Source: a virus (taxonomy: Duplodnaviria > Caudoviricetes). From it: a stretch of DNA of 64,000 nucleotides. The stretch is taken from positions 160,001-224,000 of the IMG/VR virus record IMGVR_UViG_3300046820_001270, one strand, 5' to 3'. A program made the translations under genes and the position numbers. Numbering within the stretch: position 1 is the stretch's first letter; each line of letters starts with the position of its first letter. Positions 8,841-18,526 of the stretch are shown piece by piece. The notes beneath the pieces are model-generated. The model had not been told where the DNA came from. It did no database searches and saw nothing but the letters and a program-made list of their open reading frames with translations.

Positions 8841-9971
8841 CTACAAACACTTAGCCCCTAAATTCCATTGTGTTCCTACAACGGGACTATATACTCTCAT
8901 AGTAACGGATGACATACTTTCATCTTTTGTTATGGTGATACCAACAGAACCATTATGATAAGGATTTAATTCCCAAAAATCGGGATCGTCGGTTGTGGTT
9001 TGTTTAATTGTGGTATTATCAGTAAAGGTATATAATGGTGTAGTTTGTAAAAACTCATCAATAAGTTTCATATTATTTGTTCCTTCACGCATAAATCGTT
9101 CATGATCAATAACATGTCTAAATAAACTCCATAAATCACTTACTCTCTTTCCTTCGAACATATCCAAAGCGTCGTATTTATCTAAACGAACAAAATTATT
9201 TGGAAAGTAATTAGGGATTTTACCTCCGTAACCATAAACTAAAGTTGTCGCAATACATGCGTTGACGAGTGGATCCGATGCTTGGTTGGAAACAAGTCCA
9301 GTGCTTTGAGAAAAAGAACCCGCATTAACCACTAACATATCCGCCATTGAATGTGGAGAAAATACTATTTTAAATTTAGTACCATTTGGTAATTTACTAA
9401 CATCAATTGTTTTTGTGTAACCAACAAAATCATCTTCTTTTTTGGCAACACCACCCTCCATATTTTCAGTAAAATTACAGATTGTTTCTATCGTTCTACT
9501 ACCAATAATTTGTAATGATAATGTAACGTATTGATTTTTTTTGTACTCTATCCAATCCTTACCCTTTTTCGGGTCCCAAGAAGGTCCTTGAACTCCTTTG
9601 TCTATTTTATTGATTTTAACATTTTCCGGTACACTTGATAACATAAATTTTTCTACCTCATCGGCCCTTAAACGTGATAAATCACCAACCTTCATTCCCG
9701 CTGGAGGTGGTACCGCTGATTCGGAGGATTCTACATTAATAATAAATTGTTGATTATTTGGGTAATCTTTAATTTCAGTATTTATTTTATTCATTGCGTC
9801 ATTAATTGATTTAGTGTTTGTCAATTTATATTGACCACTTGCAAATGAATTACTAATGTTGTAAACTTGTGACGGTTTAGTTTCAGTATAACTAGATAAT
9901 ACTTTTTGTTCATTAATCACCACTTTAGTGATTAAATCTTCAATCTGTTTTTCTAATAATATAATTTTCAT
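8841..9971 (-). CDS. Leader-bearing OmpA-C/MotB-like domain protein
   Basis: FASGQYKL...SSES...DLSRLRADEV...NQYV pattern; paralog of the neighbouring gene. Confidence 0.55.
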   Translation of the reverse strand: MKIILLEKQIEDLITKVVINEQKVLSSYTETKPSQVYNISNSFASGQYKLTNTKSINDAMNKINTEIKDYPNNQQFIINVESSESAVPPPAGMKVGDLSRLRADEVEKFMLSSVPENVKINKIDKGVQGPSWDPKKGKDWIEYKKNQYVTLSLQIIGSRTIETICNFTENMEGGVAKKEDDFVGYTKTIDVSKLPNGTKFKIVFSPHSMADMLVVNAGSFSQSTGLVSNQASDPLVNACIATTLVYGYGGKIPNYFPNNFVRLDKYDALDMFEGKRVSDLWSLFRHVIDHERFMREGTNNMKLIDEFLQTTPLYTFTDNTTIKQTTTDDPDFWELNPYHNGSVGITITKDESMSSVTMRVYSPVVGTQWNLGAKCL

Positions 9972-9991
9972 TGTTATTTCTAAATTGTTTT

Positions 9992-11299
9992 TTATTTCTT
10001 AGGTGGTTTACCACATAAGTCAGTTCTAAGAAGTGCGGTTTCACTCATACTACCTCTTGCCATTTTTACATTTGGTTCACCTTGGTAGAGGTTTCCTTCT
10101 TTATTATTAATTATAACAAATGGAACTTCAGCATGTGAACCATATAAATAAAACATACTATAATCACCCTCACTACCAACTAAAGGTTTAATTGATAAAA
10201 CTATTTCTTCCGCAGGGGCATTGTCTATTATTGATTTGGCCGTTTTACCATCTAATATAAATGTTTGTGAACGAACCCCACCCCATTTATTATCACTATA
10301 TCTATTATTATTTTTATTAATAGAATTATTAACCTTTTCTATATATTCAATATATGGTTCGTATTCATAAGAACCGGTTAATTCTGCATGTTTTGATATA
10401 TATTTATTTAAAAAAACTATTCTATTATCTTCAATAACCGGAGTGGGCTCATCACCTACAATTTTATAAATGTATTGTGCCATTTTTTGGTTGTTTGGAT
10501 TTTTTATTTTACCTTTTTCAATATCCGATAACCAAATTTGATATGCCATTTTTTGTTTATTTTCATATTCAGATTTTACATCAACACCTTTTTTAATGAT
10601 TTGTCTAAATTCAGGTGATGAAATAGTATCTAAAACACCATTGTTTAAATTTACAACTCCTATTGAAACTCCATTCATTTTTAAATCAAATATCGCCTCA
10701 TCACAATTATGTACAGCTTTAGTTTTACTTTGGTCATACATTAACGTAATTTCTAAACCTATAAGACATTCGTAATCTTTACTAGTACTAATAATTGCAC
10801 TTACAAATTGTTCTTTTTGATATAAACTTGTTAATTTCGGATTTTTTAAATCGTTAGATCCACTGTATGGGGTATCCCCAGTTTTTGTTTGAGGTTCTGG
10901 TATTTTAGGTAATTTATCTATGGATCCATTATCAAGAAGATCTTTAAAATATTTACCTAAATAATTAACCATTTGTTCTCCTCTTTTTTGTGATAAAATT
11001 CCTGTGGCTAATTTTGGTTTAGATGGATCTTCATTATCTACGTTTGTTACTTTACTTTCTCCTGCAACAATTTGTATTGTTATATTACTTCCTTTATTCT
11101 TATTGATAAAATTGGTTATTTTAGATAATTCAGGATTTAATTTACTTATTTGACTAGAAGTTAATTTCCAATAACCCATCGGCCAAATAGACCCTAATGG
11201 AACGGTCAATGATTCTGTTCTAACTTCATTTTGTTCGTTGACAACTAATTTATCGACCATCCTCTTAATCTGATCTTCCGTTAAAATTACTTTCTTCAT
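9992..11299 (-). CDS. Leader-bearing OmpA-C/MotB-like domain protein
   Basis: WPMGYWKL...AGES...ILSQKRGEQMVNYL...EQFV. Confidence 0.55.
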   Translation of the reverse strand: MKKVILTEDQIKRMVDKLVVNEQNEVRTESLTVPLGSIWPMGYWKLTSSQISKLNPELSKITNFINKNKGSNITIQIVAGESKVTNVDNEDPSKPKLATGILSQKRGEQMVNYLGKYFKDLLDNGSIDKLPKIPEPQTKTGDTPYSGSNDLKNPKLTSLYQKEQFVSAIISTSKDYECLIGLEITLMYDQSKTKAVHNCDEAIFDLKMNGVSIGVVNLNNGVLDTISSPEFRQIIKKGVDVKSEYENKQKMAYQIWLSDIEKGKIKNPNNQKMAQYIYKIVGDEPTPVIEDNRIVFLNKYISKHAELTGSYEYEPYIEYIEKVNNSINKNNNRYSDNKWGGVRSQTFILDGKTAKSIIDNAPAEEIVLSIKPLVGSEGDYSMFYLYGSHAEVPFVIINNKEGNLYQGEPNVKMARGSMSETALLRTDLCGKPPKK

Positions 11300-11359
11300 G
11301 TTATATATAAATACTTTAAAAAGATAAGTTGTATTTATTAGTATATAAATAGAAAAATT

Positions 11360-12202
11360 ATGTTATTAAAATTAGGATCAACGGGAGACGACGTTGTAAA
11401 ATTACAAAATAAATTGGGCGTTGACCCAATAGGTAAATTCGGACCTAAAACCGAAGCTGCGGTAAAAGCTTGGCAATCTCAGAACGGGTTAACCGCAGAT
11501 GGTATTGTTGGAGATGGTACTTGGAGTAAATTATTTGCTGAAGGTACAGTATCCGCTCCGACCTTAATAACTGAGCCTGCACCAATTAGGAGTTCAGGTG
11601 GGTTAAAATTAGAAAAATTAAAGGGACATATTCCCGATGCGGTTATAGCTCAAATTCCTGACACAGCAGCTAAATTCCAAATAGACACACCGTTACGTTT
11701 GGCTCATTTCTTAGCTCAATGTGGACATGAAAGTGGTGGGTTTAGACTTACAAAAGAAAATTTAAATTATTCAGCGAAAGGTCTAACAGGTACATTTAAG
11801 AAGTATTTCCCAACAGAAGCTGCGGCAAAACCATACGAAAGACAACCTGTAAAGATTGCAAATAAGGTATATGGTGGAAGAATGGGTAATGGTCCTGAAT
11901 CATCAGGAGAAGGGGCTAAATTCTGTGGTAGAGGATATATCCAATTAACGGGTAAAGACAACTACACGGCATTTGGTAAATCAATTAATGAGGATATCTT
12001 ATCAAATCCTGATAAAGTTGCAAGTGATTATGCGTTATTATCTGCGGCTTGGTTCTTCTCAAAGAACGGTTTACATAAGATGGCCGATGAGGGTTCATCT
12101 GATACAGTTGTAACTAAAATTACAAAAAGAGTTAATGGAGGTACAATTGGTTTGGCTGATCGTATTAAACACTTTAAAGAATATTATTCATTATTATCAT
12201 AA
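11360..12202 (+). CDS. Endolysin: PG_binding_1 domain + GH19 lysozyme/chitinase
   Basis: LQNKLG..G.FGPKTEAAVKAWQ..GLTADGIVG; AHFLAQCGHESGGF, ENLNYS, GRGYIQLTGKDNY. Confidence 0.92.
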   Translation: MLLKLGSTGDDVVKLQNKLGVDPIGKFGPKTEAAVKAWQSQNGLTADGIVGDGTWSKLFAEGTVSAPTLITEPAPIRSSGGLKLEKLKGHIPDAVIAQIPDTAAKFQIDTPLRLAHFLAQCGHESGGFRLTKENLNYSAKGLTGTFKKYFPTEAAAKPYERQPVKIANKVYGGRMGNGPESSGEGAKFCGRGYIQLTGKDNYTAFGKSINEDILSNPDKVASDYALLSAAWFFSKNGLHKMADEGSSDTVVTKITKRVNGGTIGLADRIKHFKEYYSLLS

Positions 12203-12228
12203 AAAAAGGGACTTTATAGTCCCTTTTT
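12203..12228. terminator. Bidirectional terminator between convergent genes
   Basis: AAAAAGGGACT-TTAT-AGTCCCTTTTT. Confidence 0.85.
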
Positions 12229-12231
12229 AAT

Positions 12232-13866
12232 TTAATACATTTCTTTTATATCTACATCCGTTTCAGGATCTAAATCACTGAATCTACGTGAATCGTCATC
12301 ATCATTTTCTTCGTCTTTAGGATGCATTTTAGTACCTTCTAATTCCGCCCATTTCTTAGCACCAATAAAGTGGCCTCCGGCCAATTCATTATCCTCATCG
12401 ATAGGATAAACACAATATAGTGTACGATTATCAATCGGACCATTCTCACCTACCACATATGTCTCAACTAAGTATGACTTGTCTTGATCATCAATGTATA
12501 ATATAGTTGATGATTCCGTATAATGAGGTTCAAACATAACTCCATCGTAAACAACCCAATTTGTTTTATCTAAATGATATAAACCAAAATTTTTCTTATT
12601 CTTCTTACTTTTATATAATCTAATCTTAGGATTATCAATACTTGTTCTAGCAGTAATAAATTCATTCTCCATTAAATGTTGGTAAATGAACGCCACACCT
12701 AAATCCGCTAAACTCTGATTTGAAATTCTACCTTGTTGATCTTGTCTTGATCCTACAGATTTAAGTGTACTATCTAATAGTCTAAATTCATTACCAACTT
12801 TTTTAATAGCAGACATTATTTCATATGACGAAAATTTATCAATAGCGTCTCTTGCAGTTACCGTTAAGATATATAGATTTCTAAGGTTGGTATCCATACT
12901 CTTCCAAGACTTTTCGGTTGATATTACCCCTCCTCCATCTAAATAAGCCTTTTTTAATTCTCTTCTTGCCGCTGCAAATTCATTTCTACCTGGATTTTCA
13001 GTAAGTCGATTGGCCATGTTTCTGTCGAATAATTCGGCCTCATCGTAAGCGATGTATTCAAACTTATCTTTATGTTCCGCCAATTGTGGATATATTCGAA
13101 TAACTTCTTCCCATGTTTTAGGGTTATCACCATCATTCAACATACTAGTCATTCTAAAACCGGTATATCCATTATCACGTACACAATATTGTAATGCACA
13201 TATGTAATATCTGTTAATATCCTTATTTGGGTTGTCTTTAGGATTTTTAGATTCATCCATAACAAACCAAAACGTTCTTCTTGGTCTATATGTTCCCCAT
13301 AAATTAGAACGAGAATCTGACGTATTTCTACCCGTTACACACCATTGAAGACCCCCGTGTTTTTCAGCCATTGCTTGTTGGTAAAATCCATACTTAATTG
13401 ATTCTCTAGCGTCAGATACATAGTGTACTTTAAATCCTTCTTCACTAATAATTACGTCTCTATCACTTGACCATAATTTTTTAGATGCTGCAATCTTCTT
13501 TTCGTCAGATGTTAATTTACCTTTAAATTCATCTTCTTCACCTGCAGTTAACACAGCATCTCTAAATTCGTGTAATAAAGATTCAATTTCTTCTAAACTG
13601 TATTGACTAATATCCATTAATTTAGATGGATCAAATGCGGGTAAACCACGAGTACCGTCGTGTCTCATTAAAAAAGTATAGACGGCCGGATTATTAACGG
13701 TTAAACTTTTTTGTTTTTCCATGAATAATGTTAAATCGGCTTCAGCTTGTTGTATTTGTTCTGGAGTTGGATTATCACCAAACCATTTTTTTAATAGAAA
13801 GTTAAATAGTTTCTTATTTTTAACCTCTTCTACTATAACGTCATAAACTAAATCTTGTATGTTCAT
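12232..13866 (-). CDS. Hypothetical protein with a 'WC' domain, paralog of 6648..8825
   Basis: GLQWCVTG...NLWGTY...FWFVMD. Confidence 0.7.
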   Translation of the reverse strand: MNIQDLVYDVIVEEVKNKKLFNFLLKKWFGDNPTPEQIQQAEADLTLFMEKQKSLTVNNPAVYTFLMRHDGTRGLPAFDPSKLMDISQYSLEEIESLLHEFRDAVLTAGEEDEFKGKLTSDEKKIAASKKLWSSDRDVIISEEGFKVHYVSDARESIKYGFYQQAMAEKHGGLQWCVTGRNTSDSRSNLWGTYRPRRTFWFVMDESKNPKDNPNKDINRYYICALQYCVRDNGYTGFRMTSMLNDGDNPKTWEEVIRIYPQLAEHKDKFEYIAYDEAELFDRNMANRLTENPGRNEFAAARRELKKAYLDGGGVISTEKSWKSMDTNLRNLYILTVTARDAIDKFSSYEIMSAIKKVGNEFRLLDSTLKSVGSRQDQQGRISNQSLADLGVAFIYQHLMENEFITARTSIDNPKIRLYKSKKNKKNFGLYHLDKTNWVVYDGVMFEPHYTESSTILYIDDQDKSYLVETYVVGENGPIDNRTLYCVYPIDEDNELAGGHFIGAKKWAELEGTKMHPKDEENDDDDSRRFSDLDPETDVDIKEMY

Positions 13867-13917
13867 ACTACATAAATATATAATAAATACCTTTTTATCA
13901 ATATAAAAACGGGTATA

Positions 13918-14271
13918 TTATTGAGATATGAACACGTCGGAGTTTGTTAGATTTTTTTTAAGGGTAGATAGTTCATCTGTCACCGATTTTAATAACCTCT
14001 CAATCATAAGGATTTTCATTAAACTATCAGCATCCGTTGTACTAACATCATTGGTTTGACCACCGAAAAGAGCTAACTTAATTAAACTATCGGTTTCATT
14101 TTTAGATTGTTTTTCTTTCTTTCTTTGGAAATATCTTCTAGAATTCTCCCTTGTACAGTCAATACAGTAATTACTATGACCATCTAAAACTAACTTGTTC
14201 TTGTAAAAATTGTCAAGTGTTTTCGGTGTTTTACACCCCGAACATCTCTTCTCATTTTTCTCTTCAGACAT
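13918..14271 (-). CDS. Zn-finger protein resembling the N-terminus of endonuclease VII/HNH proteins, without a nuclease core
   Basis: CSGCKTPKTLDNFYKNK...GH..YC..C. Confidence 0.65.
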   Translation of the reverse strand: MSEEKNEKRCSGCKTPKTLDNFYKNKLVLDGHSNYCIDCTRENSRRYFQRKKEKQSKNETDSLIKLALFGGQTNDVSTTDADSLMKILMIERLLKSVTDELSTLKKNLTNSDVFISQ

Positions 14272-14294
14272 AAATCTATTTTTTGATTAAGAAA

Positions 14295-14327
14295 CAAAGG
14301 TAATGTATATTAAAAGAAAAACCCAAA
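14295..14327 (-). promoter_or_regulatory. Bacteroidota sigma70-type promoter
   Basis: TTTG-N21-TACCTTTG on the minus strand. Confidence 0.75.
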
Positions 14328-14376
14328 TATCATAAAAAATATTTGGGTATAACTTATTTTATATTATATTTTAATA

Positions 14377-14718
14377 TTACCACCAACTTTCATGTTTAGA
14401 TACTAATTTGTCAAAAACCTCCTTTTCTTTTGGTGGCATTTTCTCTTCGGTATCAGGTCCCCACACACCATCGGTTGGGTAAACACGGACAATATCTTGA
14501 TACATTCTAATTGCCTCTTCAGTTGCAGAATTACGTCCAGTTCTACCATCAATAGTTAATTGTTTGAACTTTGGTATTGTTTTTAAACGAAGATTTAAAA
14601 ATTCCTGTACCGCCTTTATTTTATTTCTTTCGTAATTCTGTTCATTGATTTGAGTTCCCGTCATTTGACTATCAATAATTTTCTTAATTTGACTTTCAGT
14701 GAATATATATTTTTTCAT
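14377..14718 (-). CDS. Leader-bearing peptidoglycan-binding domain protein
   Basis: KAVQEFLN...IDGRTG...AIRMYQ...DGVWGPDT. Confidence 0.7.
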   Translation of the reverse strand: MKKYIFTESQIKKIIDSQMTGTQINEQNYERNKIKAVQEFLNLRLKTIPKFKQLTIDGRTGRNSATEEAIRMYQDIVRVYPTDGVWGPDTEEKMPPKEKEVFDKLVSKHESWW

Positions 14719-14719
14719 A

Positions 14720-15022
14720 TTATTTAGTTATTGTCCTTCTTTTTTTAATTAAATTATCGTTCTCTTTAGTTAGATATTCAACTTTAACGGTCAACGCGGC
14801 CACTTCTCTTGTTAAATTCAATACCATTGTACGTAGTTCATCTTTTTCACTTGCGGATTGTTCCAATAAGGCCTCCAATTTAGAGATACGATCTTTACAG
14901 TCATGTCTGATGAAGTCCTCATCTTTCTCCTTATGCATTGCTCTTCTTTCGTAGTATCTCCAAGCACCTCCACCACCTAAGATGGTTACTGCGGTGATTA
15001 ATACTGAATAAATGTTTTCCAT
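14720..15022 (-). CDS. Membrane-anchored coiled-coil protein (start revised from 15046)
   Basis: One N-terminal TM segment then heptads; motif at 15028-15035 precedes ATG 15022. Confidence 0.7.
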   Translation of the reverse strand: MENIYSVLITAVTILGGGGAWRYYERRAMHKEKDEDFIRHDCKDRISKLEALLEQSASEKDELRTMVLNLTREVAALTVKVEYLTKENDNLIKKRRTITK

Positions 15023-15244
15023 ATTGTTATAAATAGTGTAATACAAAATAAAATTTAACTTTTTCTAAGTTGGTGGGGGTAATAACCCGAATTAATTTTT
15101 ACCTGTCAAATCGACACTCTTTTTTTGGGTATTTTCCTAATCAATAACTTATTTATTTTTGTTGTCGGGGGACAAAATAAACTTATTAAATTAATATACG
15201 GGAGATTTCACAAACTCCCCTTTTTTATGTATATTAGGTAAGAT

Positions 15245-15796
15245 ATGAGTAAGATAATTAATTTTTTTGGTGGGCCGGGTATAGGTAAATCCACCCAAGC
15301 ATCAGGTTTATTTACAGAGATGAAAAAACACCATATGAGTGTTGAATACACTTATGAGTTTCCAAAAGAAGTTGCATGGGAAGGAAATGTGTCCCAATTG
15401 AAGGATCAGTTCTTTATTACCGCAAATCAACATAGAAACATTAGTCGTCTTTATGGTAAGGTCGATTATATTATTGTTGATTCACCGATAGTATTGGGTT
15501 GTTTTTACGAACAACGATACGGTGAAGGTTATCCCGCATCACATTACTCAATGTCAGGTTTAAGTAATTTTCTTTGGAGTTTATTTAAAAGATATGACAA
15601 TATAAACATTTTATTAAAAAGGAACGATGAGACATATGATACAAATGGTAGACTTCAGGATTTACAGGAAGCTATCGAAATTGATGAAGACATTAAACAA
15701 ACATTGGATGTTAATAACATACGTTATAGCGAATTTTCTGTTAATAATGATACTGCTTTGGACATTTACAGCTATTTAATAGAAAACAATTTATGA
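15245..15796 (+). CDS. P-loop nucleoside/nucleotide kinase (NadR/AAA_28-like)
   Basis: GGPGIGKST Walker A; EFPKEVAWE. Confidence 0.8.
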   Translation: MSKIINFFGGPGIGKSTQASGLFTEMKKHHMSVEYTYEFPKEVAWEGNVSQLKDQFFITANQHRNISRLYGKVDYIIVDSPIVLGCFYEQRYGEGYPASHYSMSGLSNFLWSLFKRYDNINILLKRNDETYDTNGRLQDLQEAIEIDEDIKQTLDVNNIRYSEFSVNNDTALDIYSYLIENNL

Positions 15797-16452
15797 GGAA
15801 AAATTTAGGTTCTTATGTGGGAATTACATTGATGACTTTAATGTTATTAACGATCACAGTATTCACTTTTGCACAAGATGTGGTGGTTTTAAAACATACA
15901 AATTATACATCACATTTCAGTAAATCAAAGAAATACCCCGTGATGGTTGAATGGTGGGAAACTAAAGCAAAAGTTGCTTGTGAAAAACCAATACCAAGAA
16001 AAGATAATTTTAAACCTGACCCATTATTGGTTAGTGAGACTAATTTAGCTGCAGATTACGTTGGTAGTGGTTTTGATAGAGGTCATTTAATGCCTGCCAA
16101 ATCAAATCAATGTCAAACACCGGCAATACAAGATGAGTGTTTTTATTTTTCCAATATGGTGGCACAATATCATAGATTAAATGCTGGTGATTGGAAATCA
16201 TTAGAAACTTTAACCAGAGATGTTGCAACAATAACCGACTCAGTTCACATATGGGCAGGAAATATCGGTGAAATTAAAAAAATAGGTAAAGTTTCTGTAC
16301 CAAAACAGTGTTGGAAGGTGTTTTATGTTGTTAAAAGTAAAGAATGGTTTGCTTATTTGTTTGAAAACGATTTATCCAATCCTGATGGTATAAATAACAA
16401 TAAAGTTTCAAAAACGGACATAGAAAAATTAACAGGTTTTAAATTCAAGTAA
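15793..16452 (+). CDS. Secreted DNA/RNA non-specific endonuclease (NucA family)
   Basis: Signal peptide ending FAQ; DRGHLMPA; FYFSNM..Q...LN. Confidence 0.9.
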   Translation: MRKNLGSYVGITLMTLMLLTITVFTFAQDVVVLKHTNYTSHFSKSKKYPVMVEWWETKAKVACEKPIPRKDNFKPDPLLVSETNLAADYVGSGFDRGHLMPAKSNQCQTPAIQDECFYFSNMVAQYHRLNAGDWKSLETLTRDVATITDSVHIWAGNIGEIKKIGKVSVPKQCWKVFYVVKSKEWFAYLFENDLSNPDGINNNKVSKTDIEKLTGFKFK

Positions 16453-16661
16453 TGTTAAATAAAGAATTAGTAAATTATCAAAATAAACTTTATTATATCT
16501 TTAAAAAGATAAAACAAGAACGTATTGTGGAAGGTTCTGTTAATGATTTAAGGGTACATTGGAGATGTGATATTGTTGTTAAAAGTAGAGTCAATAACGA
16601 CGACACACTTCTTTTTTTAGTGGAAATTCCTGAAGCTGAGATCGTAAAAGATCTTATTTAA
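16452..16661 (+). CDS. Hypothetical protein
   Basis: Translationally coupled ORF. Confidence 0.65.
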   Translation: MLNKELVNYQNKLYYIFKKIKQERIVEGSVNDLRVHWRCDIVVKSRVNNDDTLLFLVEIPEAEIVKDLI

Positions 16662-17054
16662 TTACATATTTTTCTTAATGTGTTTTATACACATATTAGT
16701 ATACTTTTCTTCATTACGTTTAGCCTCCTTTTCCAATGGATTTTGAGAGTAATAATGAGTTTTTTCGTAATTTCTATATTTTGTACGAGATTGTAAATAA
16801 TGAGTATATTCGTGGATCATGGTCGCCACAATATCGTGTATTGTGGTATTATTTGGTAGATATAAAGTTATAGTGTTCCTCCAAAAACAGTAGTTTCCGT
16901 AAACATCACAATTACCCATTTTACGTTTTCTTTCACTAACTTTAAAAATAATTTTACGTCTTTTTCTATCACACATCCCAAAATACTCCTTACACCACTT
17001 TAAGGCTTGATGAGCGTAATAAGTTTTGGATCCTATGTCGATAGTTCTAGCCAT
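16662..17054 (-). CDS. Zincin-like metallopeptidase
   Basis: HEYTH (HExxH). Confidence 0.65.
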   Translation of the reverse strand: MARTIDIGSKTYYAHQALKWCKEYFGMCDRKRRKIIFKVSERKRKMGNCDVYGNYCFWRNTITLYLPNNTTIHDIVATMIHEYTHYLQSRTKYRNYEKTHYYSQNPLEKEAKRNEEKYTNMCIKHIKKNM

Positions 17055-17406
17055 TATTTTTATCTATTTTAATCGTCCTTGGTGATCTTTTAATTGGTTT
17101 TGAGGTTACTTCATTAACTGCATCAAAGTTCTGTGCAATGTCATTTAAAATAGCGGCAAACTCATAATTCTCCGACTCTTCGTTCTTCTTCCAAAGAACA
17201 CTAACAAAACTCCTTAATTCTAAATCTGTCAGTTTAGCCCTTACTTTAACCGCATTTTTCATCAGTTTTAAGACCATGTACTGAACACCTAATTTCTTAT
17301 CTTGATTTAAGGAGAAGTAATTATTGATCGTCACATTAGATAAAATTGATGCCGATACGTTCTCCAAAAATGAAATGAACGACGGATGGTTAATGTTTAC
17401 ATTCAT
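17047..17406 (-). CDS. Hypothetical protein with a UVR-like motif
   Basis: EESENYEFAAILND. Confidence 0.6.
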   Translation of the reverse strand: MNVNINHPSFISFLENVSASILSNVTINNYFSLNQDKKLGVQYMVLKLMKNAVKVRAKLTDLELRSFVSVLWKKNEESENYEFAAILNDIAQNFDAVNEVTSKPIKRSPRTIKIDKNNG

Positions 17407-17513
17407 AAGTCTTTTCGTTTTTAATAAATAGTATTGTTATTGTTCTAAAAATGGAAAAGGGGATAAGTTTTTTAATTACTTAACCCCTTGACCTTCAATT
17501 TAATCGATATTCT

Positions 17514-17873
17514 CTATTTCGCCCATTTACCATTTTTTACCAATTGAGCAATAATGGAATAAACCGATAAGTCTTGGTAAGTGTCGTCTACCGCCTCTCC
17601 TACGTTATCCTGACCCCCTAAAACGACGAGTTGTTTGATCCTTTGGATCTTATCGTTCATTCTAAACCAAAGTCCCATTTGGGACAATTTACGGTCTTCT
17701 TCCTTAGTTAGATCTTTACCTAAGGCGATGTTATCAGGACCGTAATTGGACTGTTTTTTACAAAAAGTCTCATATTGGTCTCTCATTATTTTTTTGAATT
17801 CTCGGGTCATTTCTGGGTACTTATCCTCAATTTCTTTGATGACCGGATTTACTTGTGGTTTCTCTTCAGACAT
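17514..17873 (-). CDS. DUF1599/nucleotide-modification-associated domain protein
   Basis: KKQSNYG, RMNDKIQRI, DTYQDLSVY. Confidence 0.8.
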   Translation of the reverse strand: MSEEKPQVNPVIKEIEDKYPEMTREFKKIMRDQYETFCKKQSNYGPDNIALGKDLTKEEDRKLSQMGLWFRMNDKIQRIKQLVVLGGQDNVGEAVDDTYQDLSVYSIIAQLVKNGKWAK

Positions 17874-17945
17874 AAAATATCATTTATATTATAATATAAC
17901 GATTTTCTTTTGTAATACAAAATATTTATATAAAAACATATACAC

Positions 17946-18191
17946 ATGTCTTCTAAGAAATACCAAGAAATGCAGGCTTCGGGTGAAAAACCACATTCAG
18001 ACCAACCTAAACACAAACAACTTATTAAAATGTTGACTTTCAGAGTAGTACCTGCCTACTATAAGGAAATTGAGAAGGTTGCAAACCATAAAGATATGAC
18101 TGTTTCTAAATTAATTAGAACATACATTAAGGATGGTATGAAAAAAGACGGAGAATTAACCGATAAAGAGGAAAAAGATTTTGGTTTATAG
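17946..18191 (+). CDS. Ribbon-helix-helix DNA-binding protein
   Basis: LTFRV...EIEKVA...TVSKLIRTYI. Confidence 0.65.
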   Translation: MSSKKYQEMQASGEKPHSDQPKHKQLIKMLTFRVVPAYYKEIEKVANHKDMTVSKLIRTYIKDGMKKDGELTDKEEKDFGL

Positions 18192-18199
18192 TAAATTAT

Positions 18200-18526
18200 A
18201 TGAAAAAAACAATTATTACCGAAAATCAGGTAAAAAACGTATTAGATAAAGTTTTAATGGAAGAAACCTCCAAAGTTTCTCGTAATGAGTTCAGTAGAGT
18301 TCAGTTCAAAATTGAAGAACTACAAAATTCCCTTAATGAAACTGTTAGAGAACTTAGAAAATTGGAAGATTCTATCCCAAGTGGTTTACAAACCCTTACA
18401 AAATCAAGAATTTCGATGATTTCATCAAATTTGTTAAATTCGCAGAAATTATTGGTAATTGTTAAAGAAAAGATCAGAAATTATAAAAAAAGTTTATATT
18501 CACAAACAATAGAAGAAAAGAAATAA
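18200..18526 (+). CDS. Leader-bearing coiled-coil protein
   Basis: MKKTIITENQVKNVLDKVLMEE. Confidence 0.7.
   Translation: MKKTIITENQVKNVLDKVLMEETSKVSRNEFSRVQFKIEELQNSLNETVRELRKLEDSIPSGLQTLTKSRISMISSNLLNSQKLLVIVKEKIRNYKKSLYSQTIEEKK

Noticed and set aside
11306-11351. TATAAATA read as a T4-orientation late promoter on the + strand
   Set aside because: Across the window the motif aligns with genes only as TATTTATA on the sense strand; TATAAATA copies mostly precede minus-strand genes
15050-15240. Short hairpins in a divergent intergenic region
   Set aside because: Weak isolated stems, compatible with promoter/UTR sequence
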